Both the position numbers and the translations under genes were made by a program. The notes below the pieces were generated by a model. That model was given only the letters and a program-made list of their open reading frames with translations. It did no database searches and was not told the origin of the DNA. From positions 114,824,001 to 114,888,000 of the forward strand of contig NC_042999.1 in the NCBI RefSeq assembly GCF_006345805.1: a DNA stretch of 64,000 nucleotides, written 5' to 3'. This DNA comes from Octopus sinensis. Its lineage: Eukaryota. Positions 39,329 to 52,829 of the stretch are shown piece after piece (position 1 is the stretch's first letter; each line of letters begins with the position of its first letter).

Positions 39329-40218
39329 TACGTTGGTCAAACGGGACGCTGCTTGGCTGACCGGTTCACAGAGCAACTCCGAGACATTAGACTCGGCAAT
39401 GACAACCCGATCTCGCGCCATTTCTGCTATCGGCCAGTCATTACAACACCTGTCTGTGTTCGGATTGTCTTTGTACAGGGGCCATCCGGACTCCTGCCTT
39501 TGCCGTGAACACAAATTAATATTTCCTCTTCGCTCCTTTGCGCCCCATGTGTTCAACTCCCCTCCCCTCTTCATCTGACTTCCCTCATCTCCTCTCTTCC
39601 TCTGACACCTACTTCCTCTCTTAACTCCTACCCACCTTCTCCCTTCATCGATACCCCCCTCCATCCACCCCACCCCACACATCCCACTCCCACATACCCA
39701 CTCTACTCCCACATCCTCACCCCAAACCCACACTCCATCCTCACATCCCCACACCCCAACACTGTCACACTGTACACCACTACACCACATCACACCACCG
39801 CGCACACACTAGCACTGAACACTTCCCAGCACCCACACCATCATCCATACACCTACACATTACAGACACACACACTTACACACGCACACATCCACGCGTA
39901 AAAGTCATCAGCCCCTATCTACACGCACACACTTACGCACTCTCACATACACACACGCACGCGCACCTTCGTTTGGGGATCACCAATACTTTATTATCTC
40001 CTCTTCTTCCTAGCTCTTCTGTCTAACTACCTTTGTCCACCCACTCGCCATGATTGACCGTTAATTCCTAAAGCTTTTTATTCTCTCTCTGTTTATTTCC
40101 TCGTTTTCCTTTCTGTTGAAGAGCGTAGGCTTGAAGCATAAAAGACTTTCTCACCTTCCCGAGCATTAAAATAACACACCTGCTTGTTTATACACCTGTT
40201 TTCCTGTAAATTTCAATC
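39329..40218 (+). mobile_element. Penelope-like retroelement 3' fragment: frameshifted GIY-YIG C-terminus plus 3'UTR with HHR relic (40109-40144)
   Basis: YVGQTGRCLADRFTEQLRDIRLGNDNPISRHF / QSLQHLSVFGL..REHKLIFPLRSFAPHVFN*; flanked by (TA)n. Confidence 0.85.
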
Positions 40219-41422
40219 ATATATATATATAAAGAACATTAAGACTCATGAGAAATATTAATTTTAGTGGCCACAAGCTAAAGCCGTATAGGCAAAATAA
40301 TTAGATATATATAAAAACAATTATATATAAGAAGGGTGCTTTAAAAAAAACCCAGCTTTGCTGAATAAGGAGTTAAAACCCTCTGAAGCCATATATATAT
40401 ATATATATGTAATATCTATGTGTTTATTACTGTTGTTACTTTATATATTTCATTTTGTATTTTTTACTGTTGTTAAAGTCTTTCCTTTCTAATACATATC
40501 ATGCTCTATTGATTAAAGTACTAATGCTGATTTCTTAAATAATTATGTAATTTATCGGAAAGATGAGATCGTGACGCTTTTATCTTTTCTTAAGGTCATA
40601 AGCAACGTATGAGAAGCTTTTATTGCAAACACGGCACTTGCAGCAAATATTTTTAATGGCGTGATTTAAATATATCTTAAAGTTTCTACACATGACTACA
40701 TAGATAGAATTCAAATGTAATCTGTAATAACACGTTATATCTTATAACATATATTACTTGATGTAGGGATACTTTTATGGAAAGCTGAAACTGTCCAAAT
40801 CAACGCGTAAGATTAATACTTAACCATGGCTTCTGAAACATAATTTCCATTACGTTTTATAAGAAACTCTTCGGTTTAAATATACCTAACATTTCGCCCA
40901 TTAGCGTTTAAGTGTAAAGACTCTAAATCCACACCAGTGTTCTAAATTGACAATAAACGGTAAATACAGCGTATAAATAACAATACGTAAACATATTTAG
41001 TATTAATGCATTGAGAAAATATGCAATAATACAGCTATCAAAGACAAACTCTTGTAACATGCATCTCTGTAAGATATAAATGACAAAAGGATGGCAAGTT
41101 ATGGAGAGGATTAAAATATCCCAGAATACTCTTACTCGTAAGGGGTAAAAACATCAAACGAGGAATTGTGTAGAAATGTTTCATTCTTGTAATTCTTCTA
41201 GTCGTTACATTCCTTACAGCTGTAAATTGAGATCGAAATAAGAAGCATCATCGATGATTAATCTCACTCTACTTATCTATTATTGCAAGCTGTAATATCC
41301 TTAAGATAAAAACATCCACAGTGCTCTACCACAAATCGTTGATGATATCAACTTGAAATAAAAAATACTTGCAGCCTCACAATATACTTAGATATACATG
41401 TCTGTGTTTGTGCATGTCTGTC

Positions 41423-41470
<48 letters not shown>

Positions 41471-41744
41471 TGATTATATTTCTTTTATTTGTTAGACATT
41501 TTCCTAGAATGGTGCAGGTTTCAAACAAAGCGACATAGATCCATTGCTGGAATTTTGGCAACAGCAATGAGAAAGTGATACATATCGAACCTCAGGAAAA
41601 TCTGGTGGTGGTGGTGTCAGTGTTGGTGATAATATGAACGGTAATGGTATGAGTGGTAGGGTACGAGTGGTGAAGGTTTGAGTGATGGTGGTATAAGTAG
41701 CGAATGATTCGATTGGTGTATTTTCAGAGTTGATTGTATCAATA

Positions 41745-42085
41745 GTGTTAGTATGAGTAATGGTGGTGTGAGTGATCATATGAGTGATGGTAGTATGAGT
41801 GATGGTAGTTAGTATGAGTGATGGTAGTATGAGTGATGGTGATATGAGTGATGGTTGTATGAGTGATGTTGGTATGAGTATAGGCGGCGTGAGTGATGAT
41901 GGCAAGTGTGGTGGTAGTATGAGTGATGATGACATGAATGATGGTTGTGTCTGTAGCAGTAGTATTAGTATTGGTGGTGTGAATGATGATGGCATCAGTG
42001 ATGGTTGTATGAGTGATGGTGGAATGGGTAATGGTGGTGTGAGTGATGATGTCAGGAGTGTTGGTTATATGAGTGATGTTGATAC
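41745..42085. repeat. Degenerate ~15-bp minisatellite (GTATGAGTGATGGTG)
   Basis: Repeated TGAGTGAT at ~15-bp spacing. Confidence 0.8.
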
Positions 42086-42119
42086 GAGATGAAGTGGTGA
42101 AGGCAATGGTATAAGTTGT

Positions 42120-42350
42120 GGCGGCGAGCTAGCAGAATCGTTAGCACGTCGGGCGAAATGCTTAGCGGTATTTCGTCTGTCGTTACGTTGTGAGTTCAAA
42201 TTCCGCCGAGGTCGACTTTGCCTTTCATCCTTTCGGGGTCGATAAATTAAGTACCAGTTAAGCACTGAGGTCGATATAATCGACTTAATACCTATGTCTG
42301 TCCATGTTTGTCCCCTCTATGTTCAGCCCCTTGTGGGTAATAAAGAAATA
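42120..42350 (+). mobile_element. Monomeric SINE family A with clear target-site duplication
   Basis: GGTATAAGTTGT(GGC) at 42108 and again at 42351. Confidence 0.9.
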
Positions 42351-43756
42351 GGTATAAGTTGTGGCTGGTGCAAGTAATGATAGCAGCGGAGGTGGCGATG
42401 GTGGTATGAGTGGTGATGATTTTGAGATGCTGCTACTGCTACGGCTGTTGTTGCTGCTGCAGATGATGATGATGATGATAATGATTGTCGTTGTTATTGT
42501 TGTTTTTGTGGTGGTGGTCGCAGTACAAGCAGTAGTAGCCATGAAATAGTGCGCTTGTGTCAATAATTATAGTAATAATGGCGGTATTGTTACTATTGTA
42601 GATGTTTCAGTTTATGAAATGTGCGTTGGTTGTGGTGATATGAATTATATCACGGAGTGTTGGTAGGATTGTTGTTATTGTTGCGGTGGAGATAGTGACG
42701 ACATGGCAGTGGAGGTAGTGATGTTGTCGTTGTTGTTGTTGTTGATGTTGATGGTGGTGGTGGTGGTGGTGGTGGTGGTGGTGGTGGTGGTGGGGTGGTG
42801 GTGGTGGTGGTTTGGTGGTGGTGGTGGTTTGGTGGTGGTGGTGTGGTGGTGGTGGTGATGCTTTATAGTTAATTGTGATCGCAATGGTATTGGTTTAAAA
42901 TCCACACCAGACAACAGACATGATTCTGAGCCGCCTGCAATAAATCGCCAGTGTTGACAGAGCAATCAGTTGGCCAATTGATCTCACACTGAATAATTTG
43001 AACGTTGTCATAGCCGTGGCCAAGATATCGCAACTCTGTAGTGGAAACTACGATGATGATGATGATGATGAGGGTGCAGAAGAATCGTGATGATTATAGT
43101 GGTTGTTGTTGTGGTGGTGCTGTTGATAGTGATGATGATGAGGAGGTAGGAGTGAAAGCGGAGAAGGGGAAGGATAAAATGGTAATGGCGGTGTTGGCGT
43201 TGACAGTGCTGGTGATGATAGTGACGATGAGAAGGAAAGGGAAGGGGAAAAGATGGTGATGATGATCGTACCGGTGGTGGTGGTGGTGGTGGTGGTGGTG
43301 GTGGTGGTGTGGTGATGATAATGAGGACGACGACGACAACGTCAACAATGATGAAAGTTATGATGGTGATGGTAGCGATGAAAGTTGGGATCGCACTGAA
43401 TATCAACCGCATCAATCTCACCTGTTTCCCAGGACCCAACAAGGGTCATGAACAAAAGTCTATCTTCAGGCTAACACCATCATAAAAATTAGTGTATGAG
43501 GACAATATCGTAATATATTTCACACACACACATACACACACACACACATGTATGTATGTATGTATGTATGTATGTATGTATGTATGTATGCATGTTTAAA
43601 CATAAAATTATATAAACGACAAGGGAACATGGAATTACATAATAAATGTCATATACATACGTACATACATACATACACATACGCACACAGAAACACAGCG
43701 ACACAAATATATATATACATACATACATACATACATATATATATATAATATATATA

Positions 43757-43815
<59 letters not shown>

Positions 43816-44744
43816 TGTATGTATGTATGTATGTAGTATGTATGTATATGTGTGTGTATGTATGTGTGTGTATACTTATATGCAAAAGCAATTTAACATT
43901 AAACAGAAGAATTACTCAATATTTTGTTTTTTGGGGTTTTTTGGGTTGAGTACAAAGAGATGATTGATAATGACTTCGAAGCTCTTGTTATGGCCGTAGC
44001 CATTAGACCGTCTAATGACAACAAACAAGCCAAAACTTCGAATTCACAATCAACATTTTCCTGATAAAAATTAAGAAGCCTAAAATTATACATAATTATA
44101 ATTATATGAAAGGGAGACAATATGTCTTCCAAACAGGTGCTAAAGGATTTGTCGGAACCAAGGTTAACTCGATGCTCAAAAACCTTGGACCAGCTGCAAA
44201 AGACAGAAAAGAAGTTGCCACATTCGATGCAGCATTAAAAGAAACTAGAAATTGATGTTGAGGTTATATGTTGCCTTCATAGAAAGAAATGAGAATGTAT
44301 GAGCGTGTGTGTGTGTATGTGTGTATGTGTGTATGTGTGTATGTGTGTGCGTGTGTGGTGAGTCAGGTCACTCTTAGTGCTAATATTACCATGTAACCTA
44401 ATACGACCGGTCACATAGTCTAACTCTGCTAAGCCTGCTCGGTAAGGAAGGTGGTTTTCGTTAAACACCCAGCAGGATGAAAGACAAAACCTATCATATG
44501 ACGGATGAACTCAACAGACTTAATGCCGATCCAACAGCTGGGCGTGAGAGACCCTTAGCTTTTGATTAGCTTCTCTCTGGGAGAAAGAAATTCCGAAATA
44601 ACACCAGCCTCATTCTGAAGCCAGAGATCCTGTTTCTGAACCATTTGGCTTTGTAAATGAGTTTCTTGACGATGTTGCGGAAGATGTTATTGACTTTAAA
44701 TTCCAGCATGGGCATTGCTTCCTATTCTCTGCGAGATTTATTTC

Positions 44745-45210
44745 CTTTCGATTTAAGATACATTTATCATTTACTCACTTAAGACAGATTTTTCTCTCAC
44801 TCATCTAGATTTATCTCTCTTCCATTTAAGACAAATTTATCTCTCTTCCACTAAAGACAGTTTTATCTCTCTTCCATTTAAGACAGCTTTAACTCTCACT
44901 CAAGCAGATTTATTACTCCTTCACTTAAGATACATTTATCTCTCTTCTACTTATGGCGGGTTTATCTCTCACTCAAAGTATATTTATCTCGTTTCCACTT
45001 AAGCCAGTTTTATCTCTCACTCAAATAGATTTATCGCTCTTCTATTTAAGACAGATATATATGTTACTCACCGAGATTCATCCCTCTTCCACTGAAAACA
45101 AATTTATCTTTCACTTCCTTGAAGGCAAATCTATCTCTCACTCACTTAAGATGTGTATTGTCTCTCTTCCATTTAAGAAAGATTTATCTCGCATTCACTT
45201 AAAACAGCTT
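44745..45210. repeat. Degenerate ~25-bp minisatellite (TTAAGACAGATTTATCTCTCTTCCA)
   Basis: Repeated ATTTATCTC and TTAAGA motifs. Confidence 0.85.
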
Positions 45211-45721
45211 CATCGCTTTTCCGTTGGCTGAAACACAGATAGTGTGGATCCTTGTTAATCGATACTAAATAGCATTACAGGAAAGTTTTCTCAATGAGCT
45301 CTGTTATTTATTGGCTCAAATCTGAGTTCAACAGGAGCAGAAGTTATTTTCTGTCTTCTATATCTCCCCTCATAACTGCAACAAATATGTGTATCAGTGT
45401 AATTTGATTACTAAGACAGGCACAATGTCACAAATTCCGAAGGAACGGTGTAATTGATAAAATAAATGCAAATTTGATCTTTAATGAATGAAAGACATAG
45501 TTGAACTCGCCGGTATTTGAACTCAAAGCGTAAAACTAAATAACTTAATAACTTAATAACTAAATATATTATCTGTCGTTCTTCCGATTCCACCATCATA
45601 CTTTCTGTGTGTTTCAACAACATACAGAAGACAATTAAAATCATTTATAAGTCCCCCTTAGAGGCCTGGTGTTATATTAGCAGAGTCAAGGAAGTATATC
45701 ATTATTATTATTATTATTATT

Positions 45722-46368
45722 TTTTTTTTTTTATTGTCTTTGCGCAGCTTCTAACGCTGGAGATGTTCTACAGTGTTAACCAGCGAACTAAGATAACACC
45801 CCTTATTTTTCGAGTAACATCCGGAGTATTCGAGCGGTTCCAAGCAGTGCTGTTTTCTGCAAATGCTCCACCCTTATTGCAGCCCCTATTTCTTGCATGT
45901 ACTTCTCAAGATGTTTACTCACTGTTCTCAGGGTTCCGACAATTATTGGTACTACTACAACCTTTTTCAGCGACCACAACTGCTTAACCTCCCAAGTTAA
46001 CCTGTTATATCTATCGACTTTTCTTTCTTCCTTATCGCATACTTTGTTGTCAGCTAGTCATGCTACATCTATGATCCAGAATAGTTTGCTTTCTTTCTCA
46101 ATTGAAACTATGTCTGGTTTCCAATTCTCTATCTCATGGTCGCACTGAATCATAAAATCCTATAGGATCTTTGCATTATCATTTTCGATAATGCCTTCGA
46201 ATTTATGTTCGTACCACTTTTTTACTCTGTCAAGTCAATACTTATTGCAAAGTGTCCAATGGACAAGCCTGGCTATATATTGTCATGATGTCTCTAATAG
46301 TCTTTCTGAGCTAATGGCGTACATTCACTGGTAATATGTCATACGGTTTCACTATTTTCTCCACAAGT
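45722..46368 (-). mobile_element. R4/Dong-clade LINE 3' end (CCHC knuckle and restriction-like endonuclease) ending at (TAA)n
   Basis: CGENSETV*HITSEC..HD..VHW..KPDIV..IIDVA..VVPIIVGTL..LQKTALLGTARILR..*; stop at 45803-45805; (TTA)n at 45700-45720. Confidence 0.85.
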
Positions 46369-46489
46369 TATTGAAACAGTTGAGTATGTCTCTTAGTGGC
46401 TGATGATATATGTATGTCTGTTTAAAGTCAGACAACTGACAAGCAAATCTGAGGTATTCAACAGAATTTTTGCTGTATCATTATTATTT

Positions 46490-46683
46490 AAGGTGGCGGG
46501 CAGAATCGTTAGCGCGCCAGGCGAAATGCTTAGCGATATTTCGTCTGTCACTACGTTAGGAGTTCCAATTCCGCCGAGGTCGACTTTGTCTTTCATCCTT
46601 CCGAGGTCGATAAACACTAGGGGTCGATGTAATTAACTAGTCCCCTCCCACAAATTTGGGGCCTTGTGCCTTCAGTAGAAAGG

Positions 46684-46685
<2 letters not shown>
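46490..46685 (+). mobile_element. SINE family A, internally deleted, with (TTA)n tail
   Basis: Head GGCAGAATCGTTAGC, B-box and tail match the family. Confidence 0.8.
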
Positions 46686-46719
<34 letters not shown>

Positions 46720-47377
46720 CCTGTTGCAATCTTGTTTTGTTATTGTCGTTGTTGGTGGTGTTTCTGTTGTTAGCGGTGTGGTGCTGATGATAGTTGTTAC
46801 TTTTGTTTTTTGTTTGTTTTTGTTTTGTTTTTTTTTTGTTTTGTTTTTTGTACTGTTGTCGTTGTTTCTGTAGTTGTGGTAGATCATCGAAGTTGGATAT
46901 GTGCCCTGTTCATTGGAACCTAGCCAACCCACACCCTTCTTTTGACTGATGACCGAAACCTATTTATTCGGAACGTGTGAGAATCAGAGAGAAAGAGAGA
47001 GGGGAGGAGAGAGAGAGAAATAGGGAAAATAAGAGAGTAAAGTTCTTCAATGCAAAAAAAAAATGTGTAAATATAAAATAATAATAACAATAATTGGCTA
47101 GTATCTATTTCTCTCTTTATTCTTTGTTTTTTTATCAAAAATATCTTTTCGCCTGATCTCTTAGGATCACTACACACATGCGCGCACTCACACGAACGCA
47201 CGCACACACACACATACACATGCATACACAGATATTGGGGTGTCCCATAACTAAGACAATAAACAACACTGAATTGTAATTAAATTCATGACACTGTAAT
47301 GGGACAAATAGCTAATATATATATATATACACACGCACATACACACACACACACACACATATATATATGTAAGTATG

Positions 47378-47428
<51 letters not shown>

Positions 47429-47655
47429 CGTGTATTATATGTATATAGTTTGTGAATTATGTATAGAAATATATCATGAATGTATAGCTATTTGTGTATA
47501 TAGATGTATATTTACATACGTATCCATAGTGTAACGTATGATTGTATGTGTACATGTATGAATGTATTATTTGCTTGTAATTACCTAACTGCCTATCTAT
47601 TTATCTAACTATATGTGTGTGTGTGTGTATGTGTATATATATGTATGTATATATA

Positions 47656-47692
<37 letters not shown>

Positions 47693-47697
47693 TATAT

Positions 47698-47736
<39 letters not shown>

Positions 47737-47987
47737 CCAGCCATTACTCCATCACTCTATATCTCTCTACTTTTTATCTATCTATCGGTCTATCTTATCT
47801 ACCAATCCGTCTATCACTCTCTCTCTCTCTTTTCTCTCTATATTTATCTAATTATCTATCTATCCATCCATCTCTGTCTCCTTCTCTCACTCTCCCTCTC
47901 TCACTCTTCCTCTCTCACTCTCCCTCTCTCACTCTCCCTCTCTCACTCTCCCTCTCTCTGTTTATCTATCTATCTATCTATCTATTA

Positions 47988-48044
<57 letters not shown>

Positions 48045-48706
48045 CTCTATCTGTCTATCTTCCTGTCTTGTTTGCCTATCTAACTATTTATCTATCCATC
48101 CATCTTTCTCTCTATCTCTCAGTTTAACCATCTCTGTATCTATTTGCTTGACTCTTTCTTTCTTTCTCTCTCTCTTATTCTCCTCTCTCTCACTCTTTCA
48201 CTCTCCCCCTCTCTATCTATCTGTCTATCTATATGTCTAACTCTAACTATGTGCTCAACCTTTCTCTCTATATATATATGTGTGTGCGTGTGTGTGTGTG
48301 TGTGTTGTGTGTGTGTGTGTGTGTGTGTGCATGTGTATATATATGTCTCTCTTACTATGCGCTAAACCTCTCCTCTCTCTCTCTCCCTCTCGTTCTTTCA
48401 CTCTGTAGGATACAATAAACTCACTCTTTATCGTATGTTAATGTAATTTCTCCGTACTTTCTTACTTCTCTTTCTGTTAGCCCAAATAACGTTTTTTTAT
48501 TATGTTTTTTTACCCCCGTCCAACATAAGAAAATAATGATTTATAAACTAGGCATGATTAAAAAAGAGCTATGAAATATGTATATATGAATGTGCACACA
48601 TACCTACCCCCAATCACTCATACATTACATATATATACATATTCATATGTATGCACACTTACAGTCATTTACACCGGTCATGTGTGTATGTATATATATA
48701 TATATA

Positions 48707-48748
<42 letters not shown>

Positions 48749-48959
48749 GTGTGTGTGTATGTATGTATATAGATATTGCATTGATATGTGTACACACACG
48801 CACACACACATACACATAAACCTTCCCATACGTATACATATATACACATACATATTCGTGTATGCATATATGTGGGTGTGTTTGTGTGTTGGATGCGTGC
48901 GTTCGGGTGAATATACATGCATTCATCTATACATACCCACATGCATACATACATATATG

Positions 48960-49041
<82 letters not shown>

Positions 49042-51011
49042 TATGTGTGTATGTATGAGTATATATATATATATACTGACACATGCATATAACACGTACT
49101 CACATATATACACAGTATATCTAGTATATCCAAAATATTTGTCAGCGTCCACCAGCACTCCAACCACCTCTACCAGTGCCATGACCAACATCATTGTGAT
49201 GAACGACTGCTGTCAGGTTTAGTAGTAAACACCACCACCATCACGATCCATCTACGCCGTCACAATGCACCACTACCAACAACAACAGCAACAACAACTC
49301 TATTACATTCACCACCACCACAACCATCACTTCCACCATCACTAACATAAGACGATCGCCTAATCTGTATGATATAGCAGCCAAATTTCCCTTAACTCAC
49401 ACTCCTGTGTTGAAAGGACATGTTGTGTAATATGGTCCCGTAACTGTAGAGAAACGAAAGGATGATCACATTTGGAGAGTCTTTGATCTAGGTCTGTTCA
49501 GTTAGAGTTTATCTGGATCTAAGCAACATCAATTAAGACATCGATAACAACTTGTAATAAAGGGCTTAGACAACGAGTTACTCTTACCAATAAAATTTCT
49601 CTCTGTCATTACACTATCAGAAGTTTGAGAGAGAGTTTATACATGGTCTCTCGATATGATTGAACCAGACTGCCTTAAAATGGAAGGTCACAATGGATAC
49701 TGTTGTCTTAAATATATAAGACCTATCTTAGTCAGGGTTCACTGTCTGTGCAGCTAGATAGAAACTTCCTCTGAAAAAGCGTAGGCTTGAACATCATTAT
49801 TTTAATGGGAGATATTTGCAACTACTTATACACAAGTTTTTCCTGTAATATACCTACGAAAAACAAGGAAGAACAAGAATCAGCATAACTTGGCACAAGT
49901 GGTGTTGCAGACGAACTTAGAAATACAAAAACATGGGATAAACACTGCAAGGTATTTTCTCCAACTCTGTATCAGTTCAAACAATCCACCAACCAGGATT
50001 TTTCTTTGTTCACAGATTCCCATGATTATCTGTCGCCATCCAATTCTATTATTATGAATTTGAATTGAGAATTTGAGTCAGAGTTAATCTTTCGTTAGCT
50101 GTTTATACAATCATGGACGCCGCCCTATGGATGCATTGCAGTTACTCACTTAAAAGAGCTTTATGATCCTGATCGTTGATCTTCTAAGATTCCTACGTTC
50201 TACATCAATATAAGAGCACCATTAGCTCAGCCGAGCTCTTCAAAGTTTTCCTACCTCTTCAAAATCTTCCATGCTGCACTCCCATGACTTCGCCATATCC
50301 CTGGCAGGGTGGCTGAACTGGTGTTATACTTTGCCAAAGGGCAGCCCGTAACAGCGTTCAATCGTCACTGTGAGGTATTTTCAACCTACCCTATATGTGT
50401 GTGTTGCTCATTCACACACACACACACACATATGTACATATATGTATGTATGCATGTATTATTTGAACCGGAAGAAGAACCGGAAGAAATGCTATTGAGC
50501 ATTTTGTCCGATGTGCTAACGAGTTTGCTAGCTAACCAAATCATATAAGAGTTACACAGTAGAAAAAAAACCAATCTGATAAAAACTAGAGACCGTATCA
50601 AATATAATAAACTGACATCACACACAACAGAAATAAGGCATAGCACCAATCATCTAAACAAGAAAAAATATTTTTTCGTCGTTCGATTTGAACTCAGTTG
50701 TTCAGTCATTTGAATAATTAGCTGCTGAATTAACGTAGCTGAGCATTCCACTAACACGAGTAGTCTTAACGTAATTCTCAAACAGAATCAGCGTAAAACT
50801 GTATGTCATGAACCCGATAGATTTTTTTTAATACAGTTTTCGTTCACCCAGTTTTTCGCCCAAAGGATATAGGTTATCTCAGATGTCTAAGGAAGACTAA
50901 AAAAATATGGAACCGATAAAGTTATCCGGGAAGTTCTTTAATTAGTATTATTGATTTCTAATTTCTATTTGTATAGTCAGGGATAATATATATTTTTTAT
51001 TGTTATTATTG

Positions 51012-51241
51012 GCTGGGCACTCCGTCGGTTGTGACGACGAGTGTTCCAGTTGACTCGATGAACGTAACCGTCTGCTCGAGAAATAACGTGTAAGTGACTG
51101 AACACTTCTCAGACATGCGTACTCTAAATGTAGTTTTCAAGGAGATTCAGCGTGACACAGAATAGGACAAGGCTGGCCCTTTGAAATATAGGTTATACGC
51201 ATTTTTGCCAGCTGAGTGGTCTGGGGCAATGTGAAATAAAG
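51012..51241 (-). mobile_element. SINE family D body and tail (central domain shared with family C); remnant also at 50715-50830
   Basis: CAGCTGAGTG..GCAATGTGAAATAAAG shared with 29700-29745; distinct tail GGCACTCCGTCGGTT. Confidence 0.65.
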
Positions 51242-52829
51242 AATGGTTGTCCAGTATCTTATCGGCCATCAAAAGTCCCATGTCTTTTGCCCCTCAACCC
51301 TTTTCAGATATAAAGACCACAAAGTAAAACAAATAGATAGATAAAAAAGAAAGTCCAAATAGGAAAATCATTAAGCTATCCTCATATCATAAAATAAGGC
51401 TACACATTTGTGGAGGTGAGGTGGAATATGAGTGATTCAGTCGATGCCTATACTTGAGCAGCAGTTTTTTTTTTGTCGATCTCTGAAGATGTAAAGTCAT
51501 AATTGATCCCGAAGGCATTTGAACTCGGAACGTAAAGGAACGTTATCAAATACTGCAGAGCATTTTGTCTGTCATCTGTAGAATTGATTCTACCACTCAC
51601 CGTCCTTCCATACTTTATAGTAGAACAGGAAGACAGACAACAGTTGAATACTGGAGAAGAAAGAAAAAAATATATGATTTTCCAATGGATATGAATGGGA
51701 AAAACCATCAGCTAAATTACCATTTTAGATCACTTGAGAGTCAACCAACATCAACCGACAATTATTTCGTGTTTCAGTCACTGAGATATATTATTCATTA
51801 TTGACTTATCTATTTTTATTAATCAACTTTTCGTAATTGATGTAAAACTTAAATAAAACCCAACGCGGCTGATCTGATTGCTGTTTCCGGTTTATACAAA
51901 AAATATGAATGCTGCCAATTGCATTTCAATTTCCCATCTATTAATGATTACATATTAGCTTCCGGATATTCAACGGATGTCAATATTCAGACGTCAGTAA
52001 TCTTTCTTTTTCTTTCTTTTTTTTCTTTCTGTTGGAAAGTTCTCTAATGGAGGGTCGAGGTTTAATAAGAAAAAAACACGCGCTATTTACATCCTGTCAA
52101 ACATTCGGAATCAGTTCTTTTTGTTGCAAATTGCATTAATTTTTCGGATAGGCGATGTAATTTGATGCTTTCGGTGAACAGAATTTGCGGCTATTTTTCC
52201 GCCATCTTTCATGTTCTTTTTTTCCCATGCCGTTGTCCTAGTAACCGAGCTTGCTATACACAATGTGAACCTGAGAATATTGTATGAGTTTCCTATCGGT
52301 ATGAACACACAAATCGTTTTGTTTATTTGCGCCGGCAATAGTGGGAAATAATGACATGAAAATAATTAATAGAAAGACGGCTAAATAGAGAAGGAAAAAA
52401 GATAATTTATGACATAAAAAGTAGACACGACAACTAGTAAATAAAAATGAACAACCAAGAAATTGAATAATAGAAATTGGGAAGAAGAATGCAAATTTTA
52501 ATGAAAGTTGTGAAATAAAATTGAGAATTTTTATTTATGGTTAGAATGTTTGGGTTACACTATTTTATATATATATATATTCATTTATTTTTCTATTTAT
52601 TTTAAGCTTACTGTAAATGCAGATACGAAGGACATATGAAACTGAATCAAAAGAGGATATTTTGATTATTTTTTGCATAACCATTGTTGAATGCATGTGC
52701 TTTTTAACTTAGCTTACAGAAATGTATTCTACGTTCAACATAAGACTAGTCCCCGAAAAAACAATATGCTATTTACTTTTTGACACTAGTATAATAAGAA
52801 AAAATAACAATGGCTAAGATAATAATCAT

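Noticed and set aside
40358-40390. CTGAATAAGGAG..CTCTGAAGC half-hammerhead before (TA)n
   Set aside because: G8 and GAAA are altered and the 3' half is missing
41500-41600. Possible exon after a TTTTCCTAG acceptor
   Set aside because: All three frames stop within ~25 codons, the peptides are unrecognised, and no partner exons are seen
44120-44255. Open frame GAKGFVGTKVNSMLKNLG as a host exon
   Set aside because: More like a decayed RLE-LINE C-terminus (xVGARGF-type motif); too short to call either way
46947-46965. CTGATGACCGAAAC
   Set aside because: No room for stem II and no flanking stems
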